Translations under genes and position numbers: made by a program
Assembly: GCA_963555825.3 (NCBI GenBank)
Contig: CAUVXB020000002.1
Span: 3,424,001-3,488,000, forward strand
Length of the DNA stretch: 64,000 bases
Source of the DNA: Alphaproteobacteria bacterium
Lineage (GTDB): Bacteria > Pseudomonadota > Alphaproteobacteria > JAAXGF01
Direction of reading: 5' to 3'
The notes under the pieces: generated by a model
Told to the model about the DNA's origin: nothing
Seen by the model: the letters and a program-made list of their open reading frames with translations, nothing else
Database searches by the model: none
Shown: in pieces, positions 20,339 through 32,032 of the stretch
Numbering within the stretch: the first letter of the stretch is position 1
Layout of the letters: each line of letters starts with the position of its first letter

Positions 20339-21655
20339 TTATCCGACCAGAAACCTGACCGGCCACATAACGATCTCGGGGAACACCATGATGAGAATGA
20401 GCCCGATGAGCTGCAGCCCGCAAAACGGTATGGCGGCGCGGAATATGTCGCCCATCGAAATGTCCGACGGGGCAACCGACTTGAGGTAGAACATGGCCGC
20501 GCCCACGGGCGGCGACAGGTAGGCGATCTGCATGTTGACGTCGAATAGTATGCCGAACCAAATGAGATCGAATCCCAGATCCTTGACGATTGGAATCACC
20601 ACCGGGCCGGTGATCAGGAGGATGCCGAGCCAGTCCATGGGTACGCCCATGATGATGTAGAACACCTGGATCGCGATGAGGGTGCCCCACCGACCGAGCT
20701 GCAGATCGAGGATCGCATCGCCGATCATTTCGCCGCCGCCGGCCAGGGTAAAGACGCTGCTGAACGCCGTGACGGCGAAGAAAATCCACAGGATCATGCA
20801 GGTTGCGCGGGTCGTGCGATGGACCGCGTCCCTGACGTTCGGCCACGTAAGTTGGCGGTGGACGGCGGCGCTCAACAGGGCGCCGAGGGCGCCGACGCCG
20901 GCCGCCTCGGTGGGCGTCGCGACGCCTTGGAAGATCGAGCCGAGGACGGCCAACACGAGGATCAGCGGGAGGATCACGCCGCGCAGCGCCGCGATCTTTT
21001 GCCCGATAGGAACCGAACGTTCCTCGATCGGCGCCGGTGGCGCAAGGTGTGGCTGGAGATAGCTGCGGAGCAGGATGTAGCCGATATAGAGGCTGGCAAG
21101 AAGCAGCCCGGCGCCGAGCCCGCCGGCGAACAGCTTGCCGATGGAAACGTTAGCGACCAGGCCATAGACGATGAGCATCACCGCGGGCGGAATGAGCTGA
21201 CCCAGGCCGCCGCCGGCGAGGATGCAGCCGAGCGCCAGGCCCTTGCTGTAGCCGCGCTTCAGCATGGCCGGCAGGGCGATCATGCCCATCAGCACCTCGC
21301 CGGCGCCGACGATGCCGACCATGGCGGCGAGCACGGTGGTGGCGAGTATGGTGGTCACGGCGAGGGACCCGGGGACCGGACCGGTCCACACGTGGATCGC
21401 CGTGAACAATCGTTCGCCGATGCCCGAGCGCTCCAAGACGCTGGCCATGAAAATGAACAGCGGAATGGCCGCCAGGCTGAACTCGTTCATCTCGCTCCAG
21501 ACCTGGGAGACCACCAGGTAGAAGGCGTCCGGGCTCATCACCAAAAGGATGGTGATCACCGACATGGCGCCGCAGACGAAGGCGATCGGCACCCCGGCGA
21601 GGAGCAGGGTGATCAGCCCGCCGAACATCATGACGGAGATGACCTGAACGCTCAT
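20339..21655 (-). CDS. dctM: TRAP transporter large permease
   Basis: 438 aa hydrophobic; AIPLFIFM, LIPP, ATPTEAAGVGA, LSPPVG. Confidence 0.93.
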   Translation of the reverse strand: MSVQVISVMMFGGLITLLLAGVPIAFVCGAMSVITILLVMSPDAFYLVVSQVWSEMNEFSLAAIPLFIFMASVLERSGIGERLFTAIHVWTGPVPGSLAVTTILATTVLAAMVGIVGAGEVLMGMIALPAMLKRGYSKGLALGCILAGGGLGQLIPPAVMLIVYGLVANVSIGKLFAGGLGAGLLLASLYIGYILLRSYLQPHLAPPAPIEERSVPIGQKIAALRGVILPLILVLAVLGSIFQGVATPTEAAGVGALGALLSAAVHRQLTWPNVRDAVHRTTRATCMILWIFFAVTAFSSVFTLAGGGEMIGDAILDLQLGRWGTLIAIQVFYIIMGVPMDWLGILLITGPVVIPIVKDLGFDLIWFGILFDVNMQIAYLSPPVGAAMFYLKSVAPSDISMGDIFRAAIPFCGLQLIGLILIMVFPEIVMWPVRFLVG

Positions 21656-22200
21656 AGCTCCTTGTCGACCTCCGCGGCGGCGCTGACAGACAGGCCTTCT
21701 CCCGTCACCAGAGCCCGGATGTCACGGGTGAACTGGGCCAGGCCTTGGAGCATGATGAGAAGCGCCCCCAACGGGACCATCAGCTTGAACGGCCACACCA
21801 GGGGATTCCATAGGGTCCCGGCGTGTTCGCCATCCATCATCGAATCCCACCAGAACTCCGTTCCGACCCACAGCAGGACGCCGATGTAGAGAACGAACAA
21901 CGGGAAATGCAGCACCACCCTGGTTATCGTCTGCCACCGCGGCGACAGCAGGTCGTAGAGGGTATCCACGCTAATATGGCCGCGCAGGAAATGGGTGTAG
22001 GCGCCGCCGATGATGTAGAGGGTACCGGCGAGCATGATGACAACGTCCGTCGACCATATGGTCGGAGCGTTGAAGGCGTACCGGGAGATGACCTCGAAGA
22101 CCATGACGCTGACGATCGGCAGGATGAGAAAGCCGATCGCTTTGCCCGACCACTCGCTGACGAAGTCGATGGCGGCGAGCAGCCGGTCGAGTGCCAACAT
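21652..22200 (-). CDS. dctQ: TRAP transporter small permease
   Basis: FEVISRYAFNAPTIWS, GHISVD; four TM segments. Confidence 0.92.
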   Translation of the reverse strand: MLALDRLLAAIDFVSEWSGKAIGFLILPIVSVMVFEVISRYAFNAPTIWSTDVVIMLAGTLYIIGGAYTHFLRGHISVDTLYDLLSPRWQTITRVVLHFPLFVLYIGVLLWVGTEFWWDSMMDGEHAGTLWNPLVWPFKLMVPLGALLIMLQGLAQFTRDIRALVTGEGLSVSAAAEVDKEL

Positions 22201-22282
22201 CGGTGTTACCGGATGCTAAATGAAAGAAGGGGGGCGGCCCCGCCGGCCTTCACCGAAAGGGCCGCTCCGTCCCTCGACAGTT

Positions 22283-23323
22283 CTAGTCTATTAGTCCGAG
22301 CTTCTTCATGAAGCTTACCTGGGATTCGAACATCCTCTTGGCCATCGGCGACTTGTCGCGCCAGATCCCCCAGGCTTCCCGCGCCATCACGCGGATCTGT
22401 TTCATGTCGTCTTCGGACCACACCACGTGCACGTTGCCGGCTTCGGCATACAACTGCAACGCCTCGGCATCGGCCAGGTACATGGTCTCCCACTGCTGAG
22501 TGGACCAACTGCGCGCGGCGGCCTCGACGATCGCCTGGAGATCGCCAGGCAGGGCATCCCATGCCTTTTGGTTGACGAAGAAGTCGTCGACGCCGACCGG
22601 GCTGTGGAACGACGGATAGAGGAACGAGTCGCTGACCTCGTGCATGCCGATGCCGTAATTGGCGGCAAGACCGGTCCACTCGCCGACGTCGATGACGCCC
22701 TTGTCCAGCGCCGTATAGACCTCGGACCCGGACATGTAGAGCGGCGAGCCGCCCATGGCGGCGAACAGATCCGTCGGGATACCGGGAATCGTCCGCACCT
22801 TGGGCGCCATCGCCCTGAATTCCGCGAGCGAACGCACCACGCCCTTGAAGTGGAGAGACTCGCCGGGACGCAGCGTCAGGGCGATCAGATGCACGCCTTG
22901 TTTGGCATAGAGTTCGCGCGCCAGCTCGATGCCGCCGCCGGTGTCGAGCCAGGCTTGGTACTGCCAGAAAATCTCAAAGCCGGCCGAGGCGTTGCGCACG
23001 AAGACGAAGCCCGGGTCCTTGCCGGTCCAGTATGCCGGCGACTGCTGAGCGCCCTCGAACGTGCCTGCGGCAACACCATCGAGCGCTTCCTTGTTCTTGA
23101 TGATGGAGTCCCCCGCGAACGGCTTGATGACCAGCCGGCCGCCACTCATTTCTTCCACCAACGGAACGAAGTAGTCCCTGAACACCGCATAGTCCGAGGT
23201 GCCGGCGGGGAACAGCGACTGGATTTTCCATACAATGGTCTCGGCCGCGGAAACTTGCGGCGTCGCGAGTGCGATGACGAGCCCCAACGCGAGAGCAGGT
23301 AAAATTGTGAAACGTGCTTTCAT
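22283..23323 (-). CDS. dctP: TRAP transporter substrate-binding protein
   Basis: Signal peptide, WKIQS, MSGGRL, AYWTGK, EVYTALDKGVID, AWDALP. Confidence 0.92.
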   Translation of the reverse strand: MKARFTILPALALGLVIALATPQVSAAETIVWKIQSLFPAGTSDYAVFRDYFVPLVEEMSGGRLVIKPFAGDSIIKNKEALDGVAAGTFEGAQQSPAYWTGKDPGFVFVRNASAGFEIFWQYQAWLDTGGGIELARELYAKQGVHLIALTLRPGESLHFKGVVRSLAEFRAMAPKVRTIPGIPTDLFAAMGGSPLYMSGSEVYTALDKGVIDVGEWTGLAANYGIGMHEVSDSFLYPSFHSPVGVDDFFVNQKAWDALPGDLQAIVEAAARSWSTQQWETMYLADAEALQLYAEAGNVHVVWSEDDMKQIRVMAREAWGIWRDKSPMAKRMFESQVSFMKKLGLID

Positions 23324-23642
23324 CGTATGCCTCCCTTTCAGATACGAATTAGCAACGCAGTCAGTATGACGCTATCGAGCGTCATTCACAATGTGTGAAA
23401 GACGGTGCAAAAATTGCCACCAGAGCGGCCGCTAGATTTGACTGCGGCGGCATACAAATACATCGGGTATGGCATTCAATCAGTTTGTGGCTGACTGCGG
23501 GTCGGGGGGATGTGTCGAACGGAGCTTTACGCGCGGCTTCGGCGGGCGCGCGTGTCGTCATGCCAGGGCTTCGGTCTGAGTCGCTTGATGCAATCCCCAT
23601 CGAAACGCCGTCCACCCCGGTCTACAAATGTCCGTTTCTGGC

Positions 23643-23804
23643 CGAGGCTGTTGAAAAAGTCCCGAAACATCCATTTTGAGCCTGAATTGCCAATTCTCCG
23701 AAATCGGTGTTTTCCTAAGCCTTTGATTTCATTGAAATCGAATTCTCATTGGTTCCGGGAATTTGGCGAGTTTGGTTCCGCAACCGACTTTTTCAACAGC
23801 CTCG
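23643..23804. mobile_element. MITE-like element, copy 1 (~160 bp)
   Basis: TIR GAGGCTGTTGAAAAAGTC / GACTTTTTCAACAGCCTC, AT-rich interior; related copy at 43217-43378. Confidence 0.8.
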
Positions 23805-23894
23805 GCTACGAGCAGACCTTGGAGAGGCTGAACCGCGAGGTCCGCTTTCCGCTCCAGAGCGGACGCCGTACGCCTCGGTCGACCGGACGATGAA

Positions 23895-24678
23895 CTAGCC
23901 CGGACGCCGGGCGCGGAAGTGGCCGTGTCTTAAACCGCCGCTCTCGAGCGCCCGTAGGCGGATGCCGCTGGCCTCGATGCGGACGGTGAACATCTCGTCG
24001 CCCAAGGCCTGCTTCAGCCCCGTCGAAGCGGGACTCGCCAGAAACTCGGTTTCGCGGCGGGTCGCTCGTATCGTGGTGGCGCTGTTGTCGCGGTGCTCGA
24101 CCGGGTCGAACCCCGCCGCGGCCAGGCCGGCCGCATAGACCGACCTTGGCTCGAACCAGAAGGTCAGGCCGTAATCCGCGATCTTCGTTACATAGTCGTC
24201 GAGGTCGACCGCGCCCGCGCCGTCCCCCTCGCCCAGGAAGTCGGTGCAGAGGAACTGGCCGCCGGGCCTCAGCACGCGGAAGGCCTCGGCGAAGAAAGGC
24301 GCCTTGTCGGCCATGTGGCAGGCGACGTCCTTGCAGAACACCGCATCGAAGCGCGCGTCCGACAGCGGCAGCGGCCCCGGTGTCACTTCCATCAGCGTCA
24401 CCCGGTCGGCCAGGCCCGCCGCCGCCACCTTGGCGGCCGTGCGGGCGATTGAATCGGCCTCGACGTCGACCCCGGTGACGTGGCCGGCGCCGTAGTCGCG
24501 CGCCAGCATGAGCGTCGCCGATGCCGCAGCCGAGGTCGAGCACGTCATGACCGGCGATCTCGATACCGTCGAGCATCTCGTGCACCTCGACCGCCCCGCC
24601 GGGCGACAGGAAGCCATCGCCGAAGAGCTTCTCCATACCCTCGATAACGGCGTCGCCGTACTGGTTCTGCTTGCTCAT
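23895..24678 (-). pseudogene. SAM-dependent methyltransferase (phosphoethanolamine N-methyltransferase-like), frameshifted
   Basis: FGDGFLSPGG..VLDLGCGIG in one frame, ATLMLARDYG..FRVLRPGG in another; shift near 24517. Confidence 0.8.
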
Positions 24679-24730
24679 GAGTCCACCGCCTCCCGCTCGT
24701 CAGCAGACGTTAGCGTCCGGAAAATCCGAA

Positions 24731-25450
24731 GGGGCTGTCCTAGCTAAGCGGCATGCTTAGGCTAGGATGGCGGGATGTACGAGAGGAAAAGCCGGCTCAG
24801 TGATTGGAGGCGCGGTCGTCTGATTGAGCACTTCGTTGCGGGTACGACGGCTCGGGCAGCAGCCGAACTGGTTGGCGTCCACCGGAACACGGCGGCCTCG
24901 TTTTATACTCGGCTTCGCAAGGTGATTGCCGAGGAAATGGAGAAGGCCTCGCCTTTTGCCGGAGAGATCGAGGTTGATGAGAGTTATTTTGGCGGCCGCC
25001 GCAAAGGCAAGCGGGGTCGAGGCGCTGGCGGAAAAGTCCCGGTTTTCGGGCTTTTGAAGCGAGGTGGGAAGGTCTACACGGCGATGATTCCCAATGCCCG
25101 GACTGCCACGTTGATGCCGATTATGGAGCGTATGATCCGGCCTGACAGCATCGTCTATACGGACGGCTTTTCGAGCTATGATGCCCTGGACGTTTCGGAC
25201 TTCCACCATGTTCGGATCAATCACTCGGAGCGGTTCGTCGACGAGCGGAGCCATATCAACGGGATCGAGAACTTCTGGAACCAGGCGAAGCGGCATTTAC
25301 GGCGCTTCAATGGCGTCCCGAAACAGAGCTTTCACCTGTTCCTCAAGGAGTGCGAATGGCGGTTCAACGGAGGTGACCACCGAGAACTGCTTAACCAATT
25401 GAAGACATGGATTATTTTGAGACAGAAACGCCCTTAGCTAGGACAGCCCG
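24731..25450 (+). mobile_element. IS1595-family element, copy 2 (720 bp)
   Basis: Same TIRs as copy 1; TSD AATCCGAA (24723-24730, 25451-25458). Confidence 0.93.
24775..25437 (+). CDS. IS1595-family transposase
   Basis: Identical to the 2041-2703 product except K12R. Confidence 0.93.
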   Translation: MYERKSRLSDWRRGRLIEHFVAGTTARAAAELVGVHRNTAASFYTRLRKVIAEEMEKASPFAGEIEVDESYFGGRRKGKRGRGAGGKVPVFGLLKRGGKVYTAMIPNARTATLMPIMERMIRPDSIVYTDGFSSYDALDVSDFHHVRINHSERFVDERSHINGIENFWNQAKRHLRRFNGVPKQSFHLFLKECEWRFNGGDHRELLNQLKTWIILRQKRP

Positions 25451-25799
25451 AATCCGAATTCCAGGGGTGTCTGGTTCCCGCGACCTAATTGCCGCGATCA
25501 AGGCTCGACTGTCCGACGCGCTTGGAGCCGAGCTGACAATGCTCCTCGATGGCTTCGCGATCTTCGCCGGAAGCTCTCGACACCGAATTCGCTACGGTTA
25601 TGGGCTTGTTGAACGTACTCTCCGGGGAATCTCGATCGCGAAGGTACTCGCCCGCTAGGCGGGAGGGTTGGTGATGGATGCAGGTCGGATCGTCGATTCG
25701 GGTCGTTAGCCGATCGCCGATATCGATGATGCCCCGGCCCGCGCGTTGATCGACGCCTGTCGCCGGAATCTCGATGAACAGCCCTTTGCACCCTAAGAT

Positions 25800-25892
25800 C
25801 GGCGATCCGGGCCGCACGGACGCTGATAACCGTCTGTTTGTGAACGGCGTTTTGTGGGTGCTGCGCTCGGGTGCCCGGTGGTCCGATCTGGC
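25800..25892 (+). pseudogene. IS5-family transposase N-terminal remnant
   Basis: Translates to [22 protein letters not shown] (DUF4096-type motif). Confidence 0.7.
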
Positions 25893-25935
25893 CGGTCGGC
25901 GCCGCCATCGTCTAGCGCGCGGCGGCCCAGACCGT

Positions 25936-25989
25936 CCATGGTGATAAATCCGGCCATGGTGAGAAATCCGGCCATGGTGATAAATTCGG
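25936..25989. repeat. 3 x 18-bp tandem repeat
   Basis: CCATGGTGATAAATCCGG, CCATGGTGAGAAATCCGG, CCATGGTGATAAATTCGG. Confidence 0.9.
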
Positions 25990-26070
25990 GCTGGCCCGGC
26001 GCAGGCCGCCACGCGGCGGTCGCTTCGTGTTAGGATAGGCCGACGATCGACCACCAAAGGGCTGCAAGAG

Positions 26071-26493
26071 ATGACCGATTTCATTAGCGCCGCCAAGGCC
26101 GGCGACGTCGCCGTTGGTGTCATGAAGGCCGTCGTGATCGACGGCGCCGATATCGCCATCGCCAACGTCGGCGGCGACTACTTCGCTTTCGCGGACCGTT
26201 GCACCTGCGTGCCCCAGTTCGCCGGGCACACTGACGTCGAGAGCGGCGACGGGCACCAGCATCTGGGCGAGCGCGTGCACCTGTCGGACGGCACGCTCGA
26301 CGGCGACCGGGTGACTTGCCCGCAGCATTCGACCGTCTACAGCGTGAAGACCGGCAAGCCGCTCGGCGGGCCCGGCGAGATCCCGCTCAACACTTACGAG
26401 ATGCACGTCGAGGGCGGCGAGCTGCTGGTCGCGGCGATGCCCGACGCCTTGCGCCACTTCGTCAACGATCCCGGCAACCGCGAGCGCCCCTAA
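26071..26493 (+). CDS. Rieske-type ferredoxin with atypical ligand motif
   Basis: NVGGDYFAFADRCTC...LSDGTLDGDRVTCPQHSTVYSVKTGK..GP..PLNTY. Confidence 0.75.
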   Translation: MTDFISAAKAGDVAVGVMKAVVIDGADIAIANVGGDYFAFADRCTCVPQFAGHTDVESGDGHQHLGERVHLSDGTLDGDRVTCPQHSTVYSVKTGKPLGGPGEIPLNTYEMHVEGGELLVAAMPDALRHFVNDPGNRERP

Positions 26494-27005
26494 GACGCCG
26501 CCGTCTGCCCGGCGCCCATCGTTGATGCGAGAGCCTCCGCCGCCGTCCGCTGACGCGACGCCCCGACATTGCGAGGAATGTCATGAACGGCGCGGAAAGC
26601 CTGGTTAGAACGCGGGTCGCTCACTATTCCAGTCCCGCCTTGCGCAGGCCGTCGAGGTAGGACGCGAGGCCGCCCGTGCCACGGCAGTCCCCCCGGTCCG
26701 TTTCGATGATGGTTTGCAGTCTATGGAACACGGTTAACCGAGTCTAACGCCGAGACTCGAGCCGCTTTCCCGGTCGTCGAGGTTTCACCGCGATGCCGCG
26801 ATGATCGAAAGCTCGTGACCGGCCCGATCGAACACGCCCGGCCAATCGCCAGGGAGCTCTCGGCGAATCAGCCGCATTGTCGGATACCAGGGGCTGTCGT
26901 CGCGATCTTCGCCTTGATGGTCTTCAAACCGGCGTGACGGCCATGGTTGCGCTCGGACTGCGCCGCCCCTATGGTCGCGCCGCCCGTTAGCATAGCCCCC
27001 ATATC

Positions 27006-28808
<1,803 letters not shown>

Positions 28809-28818
28809 GCGTGTCGAC

Positions 28819-29151
28819 CTAGCGGCGCCGACGCCTCCGACGGCGCCTGCGGCGCAGGTGGCAGAGCCAGACCAGCAGGCCGCCGGGCACGCCGAGGACG
28901 AGCCAGGCGGGCAGGCTGAGCAAGGGCACGATGACGTCGGTCCAGAGCGCCGGGCTGATCGATTTTTCGACGAAGGCGCCGAAGCCGACCAGGCTGTTGG
29001 CGTGGATCAAGCTCCACGGCTCGGCGAAGGGGATCGACTGGTAGACGCCTTCGCTCCAATAGCGCGCCAACTCGGCGCCGAACGCGACCAGCGCGGCGAT
29101 GCACAACAGCCAGCCGATGACACCGCCGATCTTCCTTAATCTTGCGCGCAC
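28819..29151 (-). CDS. Hypothetical membrane protein
   Basis: 110 aa, two to three hydrophobic segments, poly-Arg tail. Confidence 0.6.
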   Translation of the reverse strand: MRARLRKIGGVIGWLLCIAALVAFGAELARYWSEGVYQSIPFAEPWSLIHANSLVGFGAFVEKSISPALWTDVIVPLLSLPAWLVLGVPGGLLVWLCHLRRRRRRRRRRR

Positions 29152-29243
29152 CGCCGCCCCCCGATCGCAGCCGTGCAGCCACCCTAGCGTATGGCTGCAT
29201 GCTCCGCTATACAGACCGGCGCAACGCCGCCGTTGGCGCGACA

Positions 29244-29331
29244 GGAGGGATGGCCGAGTGGTTTAAGGCGCACGCCTGGAAAGCGTGTTCACCGAAAGGT
29301 GTCCGGGGTTCGAATCCCCGTCCCTCCGCCA
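29244..29331 (+). tRNA. tRNA-Ser (GGA)
   Basis: GGAGGGA/TCCCTCC acceptor stem, CACGC-CTGGAAA-GCGTG anticodon arm, long variable arm, GGTTCGAATCC, encoded CCA. Confidence 0.96.
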
Positions 29332-30609
29332 CATCTAAGTAGTTAATATTACGTCACTTTTAGGAATTCTCGATATCTTGGGAATCTTCGCGTAGTTTCC
29401 GCGAGTTAGGCCGACAGCGCAGTCCAGCTGTGGTTTAGTGAGACCGGAGAGGTGCCGCAAACGGGCGGCTGACTGCGCCGAAGTCTCTTACGCCAGTTTT
29501 GGTGGTGCCCCAAGTGGCCCGCTGCGGGCACCGCGGAGCCTCATCCCATCCGGAAGTACGGCGTGATTTGCTAGGCAGGCGAGAGGCGTTGGGTTGCTTT
29601 CGGAATAGCGCCCGTCAAGTGATCCCGAGGACCGAGATCTGGTCCTGCCAAACGCTCGGCAGCTTGGTACGCAGTGAGAGCTGTTTTGCCGTGAGTTCAG
29701 GAGGGTGGCGATCGCGCAACACCGCCTTCACGATATCCGGGGCGAGAAAGCCGAGCCTGACGGTGCGGCAGAAGTAGGGACGCCCGACACCGGCTTGCCG
29801 CGCGAGATCGCTCATCGTGCTACCTTGGGCTTCGAGCATCATCTCGCGATAGCGATGCGCCTGGGCGAGGAGCCGCAGCATGCTGCGGTCCGGTGTTCTC
29901 CGCGACCGGTCGCCCGCACCGTCAATCAGCAACTTGATCTCCATGCCCGCCCGCTTCAGCTTTGCGGAGACGTCGAGGTCGAGCGTCGGCTCGACATCTG
30001 CCGCCGCCTGGTCGATCCGCATCATCTCGCTGTTGGCAATCACGACCTCCGGGATTCGGCTAGGTCGAACCCGAATCTTCACGCTCTCGCGCCGGACCTC
30101 GATCCGCGCGACAAGGGTCTGGAATATCCGACGCTTCTCCGGCGGCTCCAGGTTCGGCCAGCGCCCGGCAATATCCGCGGACTGGGTGAAGATCGATCGA
30201 CGCTCATTGACATCCTCGACGAAGGGTTCGATCGCGTCGAAGACCGCTGCTTCGTCACGTAGGAATCCAGTGATGCGCTCCGTCACCAATTGCTCGACGT
30301 CGCCCGCCGGAACCCGTCGCCCCGCATCCGACCTTTTTGGCCGCCCACGTTTGATGAGCGATTGGCTGACATAGTAGCGATAGCGGCGTCCCTTCTTGTT
30401 GGCGTGGGTCGGCGTCATCCGCTCGCCGACATCGTCGTAGATCAGACCGGCGAGCAGGCTCGGCTCGGCGGCATTGGCGCCGGATTGGCGCTCGACGCGA
30501 TTGGCGGCGAGCCGCTGCTGGACTTGGTTCCAGAGCGCCTCATCGATGATCGCCGCATGCTTGCCCGGGTAGCTCGTCTCCTTATATGAGGCGTTTGCTG
30601 TCAAGGTGG

Positions 30610-30890
30610 ATTTAATCTACGCCACATGATCGTCTCTTCCATTGGTTATGGCTTTGTATCCAGGGCGGGTCTTGCGATGAGTTCCGTGTTTCGTGCGAGT
30701 GATCGCATCACCTTATATCCGGCAGCTCCGATCCGGCTTGCCACAATGCTGTATACATGGACCATCACAGGACGGGGATGGGACTAATCTTGTGGACGGC
30801 ACCTTCGCCAAGGAGACATGCAGTCACACATCCAACCTGCCAACAAGCGTTCCCATCGGGGAATGAAGCCCGTTAGAACGCTGAGCTGAT
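30610..30890 (-). ncRNA. Putative bridge/seek RNA of the IS1111-type element
   Basis: Contains exact copies of both target flanks (30789-98, 30809-17) around a hairpin and a donor-junction match (30712-18). Boundaries approximate. Confidence 0.7.
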
Positions 30891-30898
30891 CCGCAGTC

Positions 30899-32032
30899 CT
30901 ATTTGACGACAGCACCCACCGGGATCAGCCCGGTTTCCAGATACCGCCAAAGCGCGATCGCCAGTTTGCGGGCCAGGGCGACGATCATGACGCGCCTGAT
31001 GCGCCCCTTCTGACCTTGGGTGCGGTCATGGAACCACTGGGTCAGAGCGCTATCGGGTTGATGGCGGACCCAAAGCCATGCGGCTTCGATCATGGCAACC
31101 CGTGCCAGCCGATTGCCCGCCTTGGAGATGCCTTGGCTGCGGCGCCCGTCGCCGCTGTCATAGGCACTGGGCGTGATCCCGATATAGCTTGCCACCTGTC
31201 GGCGATTGGCGAACTGGCGATAATAGACTTCCCGTGCGAGCGTCGTGGATAAGGCCGGGCCGAGGCCCTTTAAGCGCAGCAGCTGGTGACGCTTGCTTTC
31301 CGTGGCCACACACGGTGTCGGCGCTTGATCACGCTCACGCTCGACCTCGACGATCTGCGCTTGGACCTGGGCCAGTCTCGCGATCTCCCGCGCGATCTCG
31401 CGGCCGAGACGGTCCGGCAGGGGTCGGCCGTCTCCGGTGACCAGCGCCGCCGGTGTCAAGGTCTTGTAGCGCGCCTTGACATTGATGCCGCGAATGCCCT
31501 GACCGAATAGCAGACCCTTGATCCGGTTGATGTGGGCGGTTCGCTCGCGGACCAATCGGTCACGTTCCCGATGAGAGCGGCGAAGGTCCTCCTCCGCGAC
31601 GCTCGGAATCACCACCATGGAGCAGACATGACGCTCGCCGCGGCACCAGGCGATCAGCGTATGAAGAATATTCTCGACATCGATGCGGTCGGTCTTCACC
31701 CGCCGCGCCCGGCGGTTGACCCGCAAGCTGGCCGGCTCCATGACCAGACACTCGATGCCGCGCTGCTCGAGGAACCGCGCCAACCAGAAGCCGTCGTAGC
31801 CGGCCTCGTAGCACAGCGTTATCGTCGGCGTTCGACCCGTCACCTTGACCACCCGGTCCCGCGCCGCGTCCAGCTTGGCCATCAGTCCTTCAGCGTCGCC
31901 GCCCTTGATCGGATGCAAGCTCGGATTGCCCCGCCCCGGAGCCTGGATCGCCAAAAGCCAGCTGTTCTTGCTCAACTCCAGTGCCGCATAAATAGCGTGT
32001 TCATTGGAGGTCGATACCGGAAACTGTGCCAT
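30899..32032 (-). CDS. IS110-family transposase/recombinase
   Basis: ALELSK, CYEAG, KTDRIDV, YDSG..QGISKAGN, VALARKL. Confidence 0.93.
   Translation of the reverse strand: MAQFPVSTSNEHAIYAALELSKNSWLLAIQAPGRGNPSLHPIKGGDAEGLMAKLDAARDRVVKVTGRTPTITLCYEAGYDGFWLARFLEQRGIECLVMEPASLRVNRRARRVKTDRIDVENILHTLIAWCRGERHVCSMVVIPSVAEEDLRRSHRERDRLVRERTAHINRIKGLLFGQGIRGINVKARYKTLTPAALVTGDGRPLPDRLGREIAREIARLAQVQAQIVEVERERDQAPTPCVATESKRHQLLRLKGLGPALSTTLAREVYYRQFANRRQVASYIGITPSAYDSGDGRRSQGISKAGNRLARVAMIEAAWLWVRHQPDSALTQWFHDRTQGQKGRIRRVMIVALARKLAIALWRYLETGLIPVGAVVK

Noticed and set aside
2028-25450. Inversion or composite element between the inverted IS1595 copies
   Set aside because: Both copies keep their own matching TSDs, so no exchange of flanks occurred.
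25936-25989. CRISPR array
   Set aside because: The repeats are contiguous with no spacers, and no cas genes are present.
29310-29331. attR duplicate of the tRNA-Ser 3' end
   Set aside because: No convincing second copy seen in the window.
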